A DNA stretch of 64,000 bases, taken from the NCBI GenBank assembly GCA_964235895.1, contig CAXSCV010000001.1:20880-84879 (forward strand). The letters run 5' to 3'. Within the stretch, counting starts at the first letter, position 1; each line of letters begins with the position of its first letter. This DNA comes from an uncultured Chthoniobacterales bacterium. Lineage in GTDB: Bacteria; Verrucomicrobiota; Verrucomicrobiia; Chthoniobacterales; UBA10450. The position numbers and the translations under genes are program-made. The notes beneath the pieces were generated by a model. The model did not search any database and had not been told where the DNA came from. It worked only from the letters and a program-made list of their open reading frames with translations. This document shows, one piece after another, positions 9,773-19,535 of this stretch.

Positions 9773-12700
9773 AACACGTTTTCGAACATCCGCCCGAAAC
9801 CACCAGCGGCCGTCAATATTGGCGGAGCGTCGGCGAGCTAAGCGACACGCCGGAATTTCGTGGCTGGCTCGAGCGCGAATTTCCCGCCGGCGCCGCGCAA
9901 TTGGAAGGCGACGAATGGTCGCGCCGCGGTTTCTTGAAATTGATGGGCGCGTCGATGGCGCTGGCCGGTCTCGGCATGAGCAGTTGTCGCCGGCCGGAGA
10001 TGCATCTGGTTCCGTTTTCCAAGAGCGTCGAGTGGGCCATTCCGGGCAAGCCTCTCTATTATGCGACGGCGATGCCGCGCCGCACAGGCGCCTTGCCGCT
10101 GGTCGTCTCAACGGTCGACGGCCGCCCGATTAAAATCGAAGGCAACCCGCTTCATCCGGCGAGCGGCGGAGCGACCGACGCATTCGCGCAAGCGTCCGTG
10201 CTCGATCTTTACGATCCGACGCGCTCGAAGCGTTTCGTGCAAAACGGCAAGACAAGCGATCGTGAAACCTTCGAAAAATATCTGGCCGATTTGCGGCCGC
10301 GATTGGCCGCGGAGGGCGGCGCGGGTTTCGCTGTTCTCGCGGAGGAAACGCTTTCGCCGACGCGTGAGCGTTTGCGCGCGCAACTCGAAAAAGCGCTGCC
10401 GCGCATGCGCTGGTGTCAGTACGATCCGCTGCTGAGCGACGCGCAGAATTTCGGAACGCAAATTAGCTTCGGCGACAATTCGCGGCTCGTGCCGCGCTTC
10501 GATCGCGCGGATGTGGTGCTCTCGTTAGGCGCGGATTTTCTGGATTGCGGCGAAGGCGACATCGCTTCTTCGCGCGCCTTCTCCTCGCGGCGCCGGCTGA
10601 CTTCCTCGAAGGACACGATGAACCGCCTCTACGTGGTCGAGAATCATTACACACTGACCGGTGCGATGGCCGATCATCGGCTGCGCGTCCCGGCGAGTCA
10701 GATTCCTGCTTTCACGCGCGCGCTCGCGGGAAAAATCGCCGCCGCCACGCAAAGCGCGGAGCTTGGTTCGGTCATCGCCACTCTCCAACCGCAGCCCGGG
10801 ACGATGCAGTTCGACGATAAATGGATGACGGAATGCGCGAACGATTTAATCGCGAAATCCGGGGCAAGTTTGGTCGTGCCCGGACCACATCAGCCGGTCG
10901 TGGTGCAATTGATGGCCTACGGGATCAACGTCGCGCTGAAAAATGTCGGCGCCACATTACTCGTTAGGGAATTTCCGCGGAATCCGCGCACGAACAGCAT
11001 CCTGCAATTGGCCACGGAAATAAGCGCCGGCCGGATCAAGCAGCTTTTCATTCTCGGTGGCGACCCTGTTTATAATGCGCCGTGCGGCCTGGCTGAAGAT
11101 CGCGAAACGAAGCAGATGCTCGATTGGTCCGATCTGCAGAAGAAGGTGCCCGAAGTCGTGCGCCTCGGTTATTATGAAGATGCGACTTCGGCGCTGAGTC
11201 AGTGGCACGTGCCGGCCGCACATTACCTGGAATCCTGGGGCGACGGGCTCACTTCCGAGGGCGCATATCTGACGATTCAACCGATGATCCTGCCGCTCTT
11301 CGGCGGCGTTTCGGATCTCGAGGTGCTGAACGGTTTGCTGGCCGGCCCGAAAATCGACGGACCGGAATTAGTGCAGGAAACTTTTCGCGCGTCCGCGCCT
11401 CCGGGCGATTTCGCGACCGCGTGGTCGCAGCTTTTGCGCGACGGTTTCGCGACGCATCTTCCACAAAACGATCGGCCGCCGAAGTTCAACTCGAATGCCG
11501 CGGGCGGAATCGCGCACAACTTGTGGTCGTCCGCGCCGGCGCCCACGGCTGATTCTCCCGAGGTCGTGCTCGTGCGCAGTTATGCGGTCGATGACGGTCG
11601 TTACGCGAACAATGGCTGGCTCCAGGAAATGCCGGACCCGATCACGAAACTGACTTGGGACAACGCGGCGCTGATCAGTCCCGCGTATGCGAAACATTTG
11701 AATGTGACCAGTGGCGACCTGCTGCAAATCACCGTCATGGAATCGGCGCTGGGCGCGAATCAGAAACCGTTGCAGCGGCAGTTGGTCATCGCGGCCTTAA
11801 TCGAACCGGGACACGTGGACAATTCGGTCACAGTCTCGTTAGGCTACGGGCGTAACCTCGGAACGAGCGGCGCGCTGCCGTATGCGGGCGCGGCTTCGGG
11901 TGATAATCCTTCGGCCGGCGATGGCGCTGGATTCAACGGCTACCTGTTGCGCACGACCAGCAATCCGCATTTTATCGTCGCCGATGGCAAAGGCGTGACC
12001 GGCGTGAGGGTGGCGAAAGCGGGCGGCACTTATGTGCTGGCGACCACGCAGGAACATTGGAGCATCGAGGGCCGCGGGCTGGTGCGGGAAGCGACGCTCG
12101 ATCGTTATCGCGCGAAGCCGGATTTCGTCGAAGACATCGCGGGCGACGACGAATTGCCACCGCGTTTGCCGACCATCTACAGCCATCCGCCGTTGAACGC
12201 GCCGCAGCAATGGGGCATGTCGGTCGACCTGAATGTCTGCACCGGTTGCAGCGCCTGCGTCATCGCCTGCCAAGCGGAAAACAACATTCCGATTGTCGGA
12301 AAATTGCAGGTCACGCACGGGCGCGCAATGCACTGGATGCGGATCGATCGCTATTACGCGAGCGATAAAAAGTTCAACCAGGATCGCGGGCAATATCCGG
12401 AAAATCCCGAGATCATTCACGAGCCGATGATGTGCCAGCATTGCGAGAACGCGCCGTGCGAGACGGTCTGTCCGGTGAACGCGACTGTGCACAGCGAAGA
12501 CGGCCTCAACGTCATGGCTTACAACCGCTGCATCGGCACGCGCTATTGCGCGAACAACTGCCCATTCAAAGTGCGCCGGTTTAATTTCTTCGATTACAAT
12601 CAGCGGCCGGTCGGCAAGAAAAAGGTCGCGGGCGCGGTCGGCGTTTATCAAGAATATCTTGGGCCGCTCACGAAAAAAGGTGCGCCAGATACGACGAAGT

Positions 12701-13149
12701 TGCAGAAGAATCCGAACGTGACCGTGCGCATGCGCGGCGTGATGGAGAAGTGCACTTATTGCGTGCAGCGGATCGAGGAAGCGAAGATCGCCGCGCATGT
12801 CAAAGCCGGCGCATCGGACAAAACGCTCATCGCGCGCGACTCATTTACCAGCGCTTGCGCACAGGCTTGTCCGACGGAAGCGATCGTCTTTGGCGATATC
12901 GCCGATCCAGAAACTCGCGTCTCGAAGTTGAAAGCGCAGGAACGGAATTATCGCCTGCTCGCGTATCTCAATGTGAACACGCGCACGAGTTATCTCGCGC
13001 GCATTCGCAATCCGAATCCGAAAATGCCGGACGCGAAATACATCGGCGTCGCGAGTTTGCAGCCCGCGGGTCAGCACGAGGAAAAGGGCGAGCATAATTT
13101 CAACGAGCATGACCAGGGCACCTTGCATCCGACGGAGGCGCGGCCATGA
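9769..13149 (+). CDS. actB: Alternative complex III subunit ActB (molybdopterin-oxidoreductase-like plus Fe-S domains, Tat signal)
   Basis: Tat motif [20 protein letters not shown]-terminal ferredoxin-like Cys clusters ([38 protein letters not shown]). The ATG at 9769 overlaps the actA stop (ATGA). Confidence 0.9.
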   Translation: MKHVFEHPPETTSGRQYWRSVGELSDTPEFRGWLEREFPAGAAQLEGDEWSRRGFLKLMGASMALAGLGMSSCRRPEMHLVPFSKSVEWAIPGKPLYYATAMPRRTGALPLVVSTVDGRPIKIEGNPLHPASGGATDAFAQASVLDLYDPTRSKRFVQNGKTSDRETFEKYLADLRPRLAAEGGAGFAVLAEETLSPTRERLRAQLEKALPRMRWCQYDPLLSDAQNFGTQISFGDNSRLVPRFDRADVVLSLGADFLDCGEGDIASSRAFSSRRRLTSSKDTMNRLYVVENHYTLTGAMADHRLRVPASQIPAFTRALAGKIAAATQSAELGSVIATLQPQPGTMQFDDKWMTECANDLIAKSGASLVVPGPHQPVVVQLMAYGINVALKNVGATLLVREFPRNPRTNSILQLATEISAGRIKQLFILGGDPVYNAPCGLAEDRETKQMLDWSDLQKKVPEVVRLGYYEDATSALSQWHVPAAHYLESWGDGLTSEGAYLTIQPMILPLFGGVSDLEVLNGLLAGPKIDGPELVQETFRASAPPGDFATAWSQLLRDGFATHLPQNDRPPKFNSNAAGGIAHNLWSSAPAPTADSPEVVLVRSYAVDDGRYANNGWLQEMPDPITKLTWDNAALISPAYAKHLNVTSGDLLQITVMESALGANQKPLQRQLVIAALIEPGHVDNSVTVSLGYGRNLGTSGALPYAGAASGDNPSAGDGAGFNGYLLRTTSNPHFIVADGKGVTGVRVAKAGGTYVLATTQEHWSIEGRGLVREATLDRYRAKPDFVEDIAGDDELPPRLPTIYSHPPLNAPQQWGMSVDLNVCTGCSACVIACQAENNIPIVGKLQVTHGRAMHWMRIDRYYASDKKFNQDRGQYPENPEIIHEPMMCQHCENAPCETVCPVNATVHSEDGLNVMAYNRCIGTRYCANNCPFKVRRFNFFDYNQRPVGKKKVAGAVGVYQEYLGPLTKKGAPDTTKLQKNPNVTVRMRGVMEKCTYCVQRIEEAKIAAHVKAGASDKTLIARDSFTSACAQACPTEAIVFGDIADPETRVSKLKAQERNYRLLAYLNVNTRTSYLARIRNPNPKMPDAKYIGVASLQPAGQHEEKGEHNFNEHDQGTLHPTEARP
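10521..10530 (+). repeat. Copy of over-represented 10-mer CTCGTTAGGC
   Basis: Exact match in actB. Read as S-L-G. Confidence 0.9.
11835..11844 (+). repeat. Copy of over-represented 10-mer CTCGTTAGGC
   Basis: Exact match in actB. Read as S-L-G. Confidence 0.9.
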
Positions 13150-13257
13150 CCGGCGTGATTTATTCGCGCGCTCGGTCTGCGCAGAGTATTCGCTCTGCGC
13201 GCAATCATTGTCCTGTACACGAATGTCGTGCTGCGCAGAGTTTTCGTTTTGCGCGCC

Positions 13258-13378
13258 GTTGTCATCCTAAGCGTAGCGAAGGATCTCTCATCGGCGCGGC
13301 TGTTCACGCTCATCGAGAAGCGATGATCTTCGGCTATATGCGAGATCCTTCGCCGTCTGCGCGACTCAGGATGACAAC
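13258..13378. repeat. REP/MITE-like imperfect inverted repeat (structured intergenic element) between actB and actC
   Basis: The left arm GTTGTCATCCTAAGCGTAGCGAAGGATCTC (13258-13287) pairs with the right arm GAGATCCTTCGCCGTCTGCGCGACTCAGGATGACAAC (13342-13378). CTGCGCAG-type palindromes lie upstream at about 13176 and 13231. Confidence 0.7.
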
Positions 13379-13450
13379 CTTCACACGTGCGATGACATGC
13401 GTGACTCGGAATGCGAGGACGCGTTCGATACGGGGCCAGATAACGGAGAG

Positions 13451-14923
13451 ATGGCGGTCATGAACGGCGCGACCACTGCACCCGATGTGATTCAAGGCGA
13501 GGCTTCGTCCTCGGTTGAGCGGCCGCTCGCGCGCGTGCCATTGGTCCTGAACAAGCGCAATTTCAACTGGATCACCGAACGCATCGCAGGGGTGATTGAA
13601 GGTCCGGCGCCACGCTGGTGGTGGGTCGCGTTCGCGCTCACTTCGATGGTTGCGGCGATCGGCCTCTTCTGCCTCGGCTATCAAATTTCCACTGGCGTCG
13701 GCACATGGGGATTGAATCATCCCGTCGGTTGGGCCTGGGACATCACCAACTTCGTTTTCTGGATCGGTATCGGACACGCCGGCACTTTGATTTCGGCGAT
13801 TCTCTTTTTGCTTCGCCAAAAATGGCGCACGTCCATCAACCGTTCCGCGGAAGCGATGACGCTTTTCGCGGTCATTTGTGCGGCCATTTTCCCGGGCGTG
13901 CACGTGGGCCGCGTTTGGATGGCGTGGTTCTTGGCGCCGTTGCCTAACAACTACGGCATCTGGCCAAATTTCCGCAGCCCGCTCTTGTGGGACGTCTTTG
14001 CGGTCTCGACTTACTTCACCGTTTCCGTGCTCTTTTGGTACACTGGATTAATCCCGGATCTCGGGACGTTGCGCGATCGCGCGACGACCAAGATCAAGAA
14101 GTTGCTCTACGGAATTTTCGCGCTCGGCTGGCGCGGCTCGAATCGCAACTGGCGCCATTACGAAATGGCTTACCTCTTGTTAGCCGGCCTTTCCACACCG
14201 CTGGTTTTGTCGGTGCATAGCGTTGTCTCCTTCGACTTCGCGACCTCCGTGATTCCGACCTGGCACACGACGATTTTCCCACCCTACTTTGTCGCGGGCG
14301 CGATCTTCGGCGGATTCGCCATGGTCCTGACGCTGCTCATTCCGGCGCGCGCCATTTACGGGCTGCAAGACATCATCACGCCGCAACACATCGACAAAAT
14401 GGCTAAGATCATTTTGTTAACCGGCTCGATCGTCGGCTACGCCTACGCCATGGAATTTTTCGTCGCCTGGTACAGCGGCAATACCTACGAGCGTTACGCG
14501 TTCTACAATCGCGTGCTCGGTCCTTACTGGTGGTACTGGTGGGTCGGCATGCTTTTCTGCAACTCGGTTGCGCCGCAGTTGATGTGGTTCAAAAAACTGC
14601 GCTTCAACATTTACGTCGTCTACTTCGTCTGCATGTGCGTGAACGCCGGCATGTGGTTCGAGCGTTTCATCATCATCGTCGGTGGAATTCATCGCGATTT
14701 CCTGCCCTCATCCTGGGGCATGTTTTATCCGACGTGGGTCGATATCTGGACCTTCGTTGGCACCTTTGGAATTTTCCTTTCGCTCTTCCTTCTTTTCATC
14801 CGTTTCCTTCCGATGATCGCCATGTCGGAAGTGAAAATTGTTCTGCCGGAAGCTGATCCGCATTTTGGCGCGACCGCGGCCGAACATCATCCAGTCGCGG
14901 CTGGCGGAAAGGAGCGCAATTGA
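13451..14923 (+). CDS. actC: Alternative complex III subunit ActC (NrfD/PsrC-like polytopic membrane quinol-binding subunit)
   Basis: Polytopic membrane protein with NrfD-like sequence in the conserved operon position. The start is taken at MAVMNGATT (13451); the ORF track start at 13397 lies just after the repeat element. Confidence 0.85.
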   Translation: MAVMNGATTAPDVIQGEASSSVERPLARVPLVLNKRNFNWITERIAGVIEGPAPRWWWVAFALTSMVAAIGLFCLGYQISTGVGTWGLNHPVGWAWDITNFVFWIGIGHAGTLISAILFLLRQKWRTSINRSAEAMTLFAVICAAIFPGVHVGRVWMAWFLAPLPNNYGIWPNFRSPLLWDVFAVSTYFTVSVLFWYTGLIPDLGTLRDRATTKIKKLLYGIFALGWRGSNRNWRHYEMAYLLLAGLSTPLVLSVHSVVSFDFATSVIPTWHTTIFPPYFVAGAIFGGFAMVLTLLIPARAIYGLQDIITPQHIDKMAKIILLTGSIVGYAYAMEFFVAWYSGNTYERYAFYNRVLGPYWWYWWVGMLFCNSVAPQLMWFKKLRFNIYVVYFVCMCVNAGMWFERFIIIVGGIHRDFLPSSWGMFYPTWVDIWTFVGTFGIFLSLFLLFIRFLPMIAMSEVKIVLPEADPHFGATAAEHHPVAAGGKERN

Positions 14924-15474
14924 GAACGCCTTCCGGAAATAAAGTCTACGGAATGGGCGCGGAATATCCGAGCGCGGCCGCATTATATGAAGCGGCCAAA
15001 CGCGTGCGCGACGCTGGGTTCAAACGCTGGGATGTGCATTCGCCATTTCCCATTCACGGAATGGATGACGCGATGGGCTTGGGCAAATCGTGGCTGAGCG
15101 CGGTCGTGCTTTGCGGCGGAATCACGGGACTTTTGACTGCGGTGGTGCTGGAGTTTGGGCCCTCGACCTTTATTTATCCGTTGGTCGTTCACGGAAAGCC
15201 GTTCGATTGGCGGACGGTGCCAGCGTTTTTCCCGATCATGTTTGAGCTGACGATTTTGTTCTCGGCCTTTTTCGCGTTCTTCGCGGTCTTGATCATGAAC
15301 GGATTGCCGCGCTGGTATCATCCGGTCTTTAACTGGGAACGATTCAGTCGCGCGACGAACGACGGATTTTTTCTCGTGATCGAAGCGCGTGATCCGCGTT
15401 TTACGGAAACCGAAGCGCAACAGCTTTTAGAGCAAACCGGCGGTCAGCATCTGACCGTCATTCACGAAGATTAG
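14920..15474 (+). CDS. actD: Alternative complex III subunit ActD (DUF3341-like)
   Basis: [44 protein letters not shown] is typical of ActD, followed by two TM helices. The TTG start overlaps the actC stop; an ATG at 14953 is an alternative. Confidence 0.8.
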   Translation: MRTPSGNKVYGMGAEYPSAAALYEAAKRVRDAGFKRWDVHSPFPIHGMDDAMGLGKSWLSAVVLCGGITGLLTAVVLEFGPSTFIYPLVVHGKPFDWRTVPAFFPIMFELTILFSAFFAFFAVLIMNGLPRWYHPVFNWERFSRATNDGFFLVIEARDPRFTETEAQQLLEQTGGQHLTVIHED

Positions 15475-15475
15475 T

Positions 15476-16177
15476 ATGTTGCGCGGCTTCTTCCTCATCT
15501 TCGTTCTCACCGGAATCGCGCTGGTGGCGTTTCTTGGTTTTCGCGGCCAGCGCAGCACTGGTTCGCCGATCGAATTATTTCCCGACATGGTCCGCCAACC
15601 AAAAGTGCGCGCACAGGCGCCGCTGGGATTTTTTGCCGATGACCGAGGCGCGCGCGTGCCGGTGAACGGAACGGTGCCGATCGGTTACGACATGCCGGAG
15701 GCATCGGCCAAAGCGAGTCCCGGTGCGGCGGCCGCGCCGAGCAGTTATCGCGAAGATCATCCGCGGGTTTCTTTCAGCGCTGGGACTGATTACGTCGACA
15801 CCGGCAAGATGGGTGCGAATTGGGGAACGGGCATTCCGTTGGAAGTGACGCCGCAATTAATGGCGCGCGGCGAACAGCGCTTCAATATCAACTGCGCGGT
15901 TTGTCATGGCGGGGCCGCGGCCGGGAACGGCATCACGAAACAATTTGGCCTAACGACGGTGGTCAGCTTGCAGGACGACCGCATTCGCAGCATGGCCGAC
16001 GGCGAGATTTTCAACACGATCACGCACGGCAAAAACACCATGATGGCCTACGGCCCGAACGTCACGGTGAACGATCGCTGGGCGATCATCACTTATCTGC
16101 GCGCTTTGCAGCGAAGCCAGAATTCCACGATCGCGGATGTGCCGCCGGAAGCGCGCGCAGGATTGGAGAAGCCATGA
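15476..16177 (+). CDS. actE: Alternative complex III subunit ActE (monoheme cytochrome c)
   Basis: N-terminal anchor, a single CAVCHG haem motif, and the conserved operon position. Confidence 0.85.
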   Translation: MLRGFFLIFVLTGIALVAFLGFRGQRSTGSPIELFPDMVRQPKVRAQAPLGFFADDRGARVPVNGTVPIGYDMPEASAKASPGAAAAPSSYREDHPRVSFSAGTDYVDTGKMGANWGTGIPLEVTPQLMARGEQRFNINCAVCHGGAAAGNGITKQFGLTTVVSLQDDRIRSMADGEIFNTITHGKNTMMAYGPNVTVNDRWAIITYLRALQRSQNSTIADVPPEARAGLEKP

Positions 16178-17376
16178 GCGAGCGATCTCAAGTCGAGCCA
16201 AAACCGGAAGGCGAATATTTCGAGAACAGCCGGTTCTCGGGTCTATCGCTTTTGCTGGCCATTGTCGCGCTGGTCGGTCTGGCGCTGAGCGCGCTCGGCG
16301 CGATTTTTTGGCCGCAACAATTTGCCTACTCGTGGCTCTTTGGCTGGGCCTTTTGTTTTACGCTCTGCGCCGGCGCTTATTTTTGGATCATCGTCCATCA
16401 CGCGGTCGACGCCGAATGGTCGGTGGTGGTGCGTCGGCAACAGGAAAACATTGCGATGCTGTTGCCGCTGGTGGCGTTGTTCTTTATCCCGGTCTTTTTC
16501 TTCCGCCATTATCTCTACGAATGGATGATCATTCCGCGCGGCGCCGATCAATTGCTCGATAGCAAACGGCTTTACTTGAACCTGCCGTTTTGGGTCGTGC
16601 GCACGATTTTCTTTTTCTGCTACTTCACGCTCTTCGCTTTTCTTTTTCGCAAACTTTCCGTCGGCCAGGATCGCGACGGTAATCCGGCGCGGACTTTGTC
16701 GATGCGCCGGCTGGCCTTCATCGGCCTGCCGCTCTTCGCGCTTTCGCTGACCTTTGGGGCCTACGATTGGTTCGCGGGAATGAACTACAAATGGTTCTCG
16801 ACCATGTGGGGCGTTTATATTTTCGCCGGCGCTTGTGGCAGCTCGATGGCGCTGATTGTTTTGGTGACCGCGGCGCTGCGCAAAGCCGGTTATTTGCAGG
16901 AAGTCGTCAACGTCGAGCACTTCCACATCATGGGAAAATGGCTTCTCGCTTTCACCGTTTTCTGGGCCTACATCGGCTTCAGCCAATACATGCTCATTTG
17001 GTACGCCAACATCCCGGAGGAGACGCAGTATTTCATTCTGCGAAACACGGAATCGTGGAATTTGATGAGCTTGCTCCTGGTCATCGGACGCTTCTTTATT
17101 CCTTTCGCCCTGCTGCTCATGCGCTCGAGCAAGACGAAGGTCAGCCGGCTCTGCAAAATCGCGGGATGGATCATCTTCATGCAGGCGCTCGATATGTATG
17201 TGGTCGTGATGCCGGAACTGCATCGCGCTGGTGTTCATCTCAGTTTGCTCGATTTCGGTCCGATCATTGGCATCGCCGCCTCACTCGCGTTCGTTTATCT
17301 GCGCTTGCTCGGTAAGACCTCGATTTTTCCCGTGCGCGATCCGCGCCTCCTGGAATCACTTCGGATTTTGAATTAA
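16174..17376 (+). CDS. actF: Alternative complex III subunit ActF (second polytopic membrane subunit)
   Basis: The internal ATG at 16174 (MSERSQVEPK...) overlaps the actE stop (ATGA). About 400 aa, multi-TM. The N-terminal extension of listed ORF 15820..17376 overlaps actE and is R/H-rich, i.e. non-coding-like. Confidence 0.8.
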   Translation: MSERSQVEPKPEGEYFENSRFSGLSLLLAIVALVGLALSALGAIFWPQQFAYSWLFGWAFCFTLCAGAYFWIIVHHAVDAEWSVVVRRQQENIAMLLPLVALFFIPVFFFRHYLYEWMIIPRGADQLLDSKRLYLNLPFWVVRTIFFFCYFTLFAFLFRKLSVGQDRDGNPARTLSMRRLAFIGLPLFALSLTFGAYDWFAGMNYKWFSTMWGVYIFAGACGSSMALIVLVTAALRKAGYLQEVVNVEHFHIMGKWLLAFTVFWAYIGFSQYMLIWYANIPEETQYFILRNTESWNLMSLLLVIGRFFIPFALLLMRSSKTKVSRLCKIAGWIIFMQALDMYVVVMPELHRAGVHLSLLDFGPIIGIAASLAFVYLRLLGKTSIFPVRDPRLLESLRILN

Positions 17377-17379
17377 CCC

Positions 17380-18033
17380 GTGGCCGCCGACGAAACATCT
17401 CTCAACTTCGAACAGCCGCGCTCCATGTTTGGAACATGGCTGGGCGTCATTCTTCTCTTTGGATTTTTCGCGCTGGTCGTGTGGGTGGTGATGAGCTTGA
17501 TGCCGCGGGGCAACGATTACGAACAGAAGCGCGCGACGGCGCGTTTTGAAAAACTCAAAACCGTGCGCGAAGAAGCGAATGGCGCGTTGAACGGCTACGC
17601 CTGGATTGATAAAACGAAAGGAAGCGTGCGGGTGCCGATTGCGCGCGCGATGGAGTTGAGCGTTCCGGAGTTGGCCAGGAAAAAACCAGCGCCGGCCAAT
17701 CCGATCGGCGATTCCGCTTCGCATCCAGGACCGCAGGCGGCCGCGACGGTGACCGCTGCGCCCGCGCCCAGCGCAGCGATCAGCCCGGCTCCGAATTCCA
17801 CGCCGGCGGCAACCGAAGTTGAAGGAGTTAACTCCGAGAACCGCGGCCAAAAAGTAGGCGAAAATAATCCTCCGAACGCGCCCGCCGGAACGCAGCCCGG
17901 CGCAAATGCTACGCCGGTCGCGACGCCGCCGGCCGGCGCGAATCAACCGCATCCCGGTCCTGGCCAACCGACCGCGACGCCGATGCAAGTTCCGCCGGGA
18001 ACACCGATCCCAGTCCCTGGAAAAAAACCATGA
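17380..18033 (+). CDS. Hypothetical single-TM protein with an Ala/Pro-rich C-terminal tail
   Basis: GTG start 4 nt after the actF stop. One TM helix (WLGVILLFGFFALVVWVVMSL) followed by a low-complexity P/A/T tail. Its stop overlaps the next start (ATGA). Confidence 0.6.
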   Translation: MAADETSLNFEQPRSMFGTWLGVILLFGFFALVVWVVMSLMPRGNDYEQKRATARFEKLKTVREEANGALNGYAWIDKTKGSVRVPIARAMELSVPELARKKPAPANPIGDSASHPGPQAAATVTAAPAPSAAISPAPNSTPAATEVEGVNSENRGQKVGENNPPNAPAGTQPGANATPVATPPAGANQPHPGPGQPTATPMQVPPGTPIPVPGKKP

Positions 18034-19535
18034 CGCCCGCTGAGTTACCAATGATTCCGCCGAGCACCGCTCTCGTTAGTCGAGGCGAAATCGACGTGAC
18101 TGGCGATGATTTCGACCAGGTGGAACGAGCCTTGATCGACGCTTCGACGCGCGTGCCGGTCCTGATGTTTTATACGTCGGCGATCGTCTGGCTCCTGCTC
18201 GGAACTCTGCTGGCCCTGCTGAATTCTTTTAAGCTACACATGCCGGATCTCCTTGGCGGCGTGAGCTTTTTGACCTGGGGCCGCATTCATCCGGCTTACA
18301 TGGACACGATGCTTTACGGCTGGGCTTCGATGGCTGGCGTTGGCACTTCCATTTGGTTAATGGCCCGTCTTTCGCGAACGACTTTGCGGCATCCCTTGTT
18401 GCTCGTGGCCGGCGCGGCTTTTTGGAATCTCGGCGTGCTTCTCGGCGTGGGTGGGATTCTCGTCGGGAGCAGCACCGGTTATGAATGGCTCGAGTTTCCG
18501 AACTATGCCGCGCTCGTTCTTTTCGTGGCTTACTCGCTTGTGATGTCGTGGGCCATCCTGATGTTCCGTTTCCGCCGCGGCGGCCACATTTACATCACGC
18601 AATGGTACTTGTTAGGCGCGTTCCTCTGGTTCCCTTGGCTTTACGGCGCCGCGCAAATCATGCTTTTCGTCACGCCGGTGCAAGGCGTCATGCAAGCGGC
18701 GGTGAACTGGTGGTTCGCAAATAATCTTCTCTTCCTTTGGTTTGGCGCGATCGCGCTCGGCACCGCTTATTACATGATTCCGAAAGTGATCGGCCGGCCG
18801 GTTTACAGTTATCATTTGGCGGCGATTGGATTCTGGACCTATGCGTTCTTCGCCAGCTGGACGGGAATGCAACGCCTGGTCGATGGGCCGTTCCCGGCTT
18901 GGATGATCACGGCCAGCATCGCCGCGGCCATTCTCACGATCATTCCCGTCGCGACGGTCGGACTGAATCATCACATGACCATGCGCGGTTATTTTTCCTT
19001 AATGCGATATAGCCCGACGCTGCGCTTCACCGTTTTCGGCGCGATCGCTTACACCATTTTCAGTCTTGTCGGCGTTTTGATTTCCTTGCGATCGATTGCC
19101 AGTTACGTGCATTTCACCGAGGCGAGCGTGGCTTACACGCACCTTGGGATTTATGCTTTCTTCACCATGATCATGTTCGGCTCGATGTATTACATTGTGC
19201 CGCGGTTGGTCGGTCGCGAATGGCGTTACGCCAGCCTGATTAAACTTCACTTCTGGGCCTCGGCCTACGGGATCATGTTATTGGTTCTGATGCTCTTTGT
19301 CGGTGGCGTCGTGCAAGGATCGAGCCTGAACGATTCCGCGCTTTCCTTTAGCGAAACGACGCAATCCGTCCTGCCTTATTTGCGCGGCCGAAGCGTCGCG
19401 TGCCTTTTGCTCACGGCCGCCCACGGCATCTTTGCTTTCCACTTTGGCTTGATGCTCCTTGGTCTGGGTCGCACCGCCAGCGTTCCGACATTTTTGAACC
19501 CGCAGGAAGAGGAGGCGCTCGCATCGCACATATGA
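18030..19535 (+). CDS. CcoN-like haem-copper-oxidase subunit I homolog with a non-canonical (apparently ligand-deficient) active site
   Basis: Clear similarity to cbb3 CcoN (YYMIPK..GRPVYSY, LRF, MYYIVPRLVGRE). However, the canonical motifs WWYGHN, GPHH and GHVHxG read WWFANN, GMQR and AYTHLG here. Confidence 0.8.
   Translation: MTPAELPMIPPSTALVSRGEIDVTGDDFDQVERALIDASTRVPVLMFYTSAIVWLLLGTLLALLNSFKLHMPDLLGGVSFLTWGRIHPAYMDTMLYGWASMAGVGTSIWLMARLSRTTLRHPLLLVAGAAFWNLGVLLGVGGILVGSSTGYEWLEFPNYAALVLFVAYSLVMSWAILMFRFRRGGHIYITQWYLLGAFLWFPWLYGAAQIMLFVTPVQGVMQAAVNWWFANNLLFLWFGAIALGTAYYMIPKVIGRPVYSYHLAAIGFWTYAFFASWTGMQRLVDGPFPAWMITASIAAAILTIIPVATVGLNHHMTMRGYFSLMRYSPTLRFTVFGAIAYTIFSLVGVLISLRSIASYVHFTEASVAYTHLGIYAFFTMIMFGSMYYIVPRLVGREWRYASLIKLHFWASAYGIMLLVLMLFVGGVVQGSSLNDSALSFSETTQSVLPYLRGRSVACLLLTAAHGIFAFHFGLMLLGLGRTASVPTFLNPQEEEALASHI

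Noticed and set aside
13146-13463. 105-aa ORF filling the actB-actC gap
   Set aside because: It is composed of the inverted-repeat element (peptides such as [10 protein letters not shown]). It has a non-coding-like composition and overlaps the actB stop and the actC start. I interpret it as a translated repeat, not a gene.
15820-16173. N-terminal extensions of listed ORFs: 15820 for actF, 19400 for the CcoO-like gene, 20374 for the cytochrome c gene, 9727 for actB, and 4568-4933 for htrA
   Set aside because: The extensions overlap the preceding genes out of frame and look non-coding. Internal ATGs give ATGA-type overlaps and sensible signal or TM N-termini.
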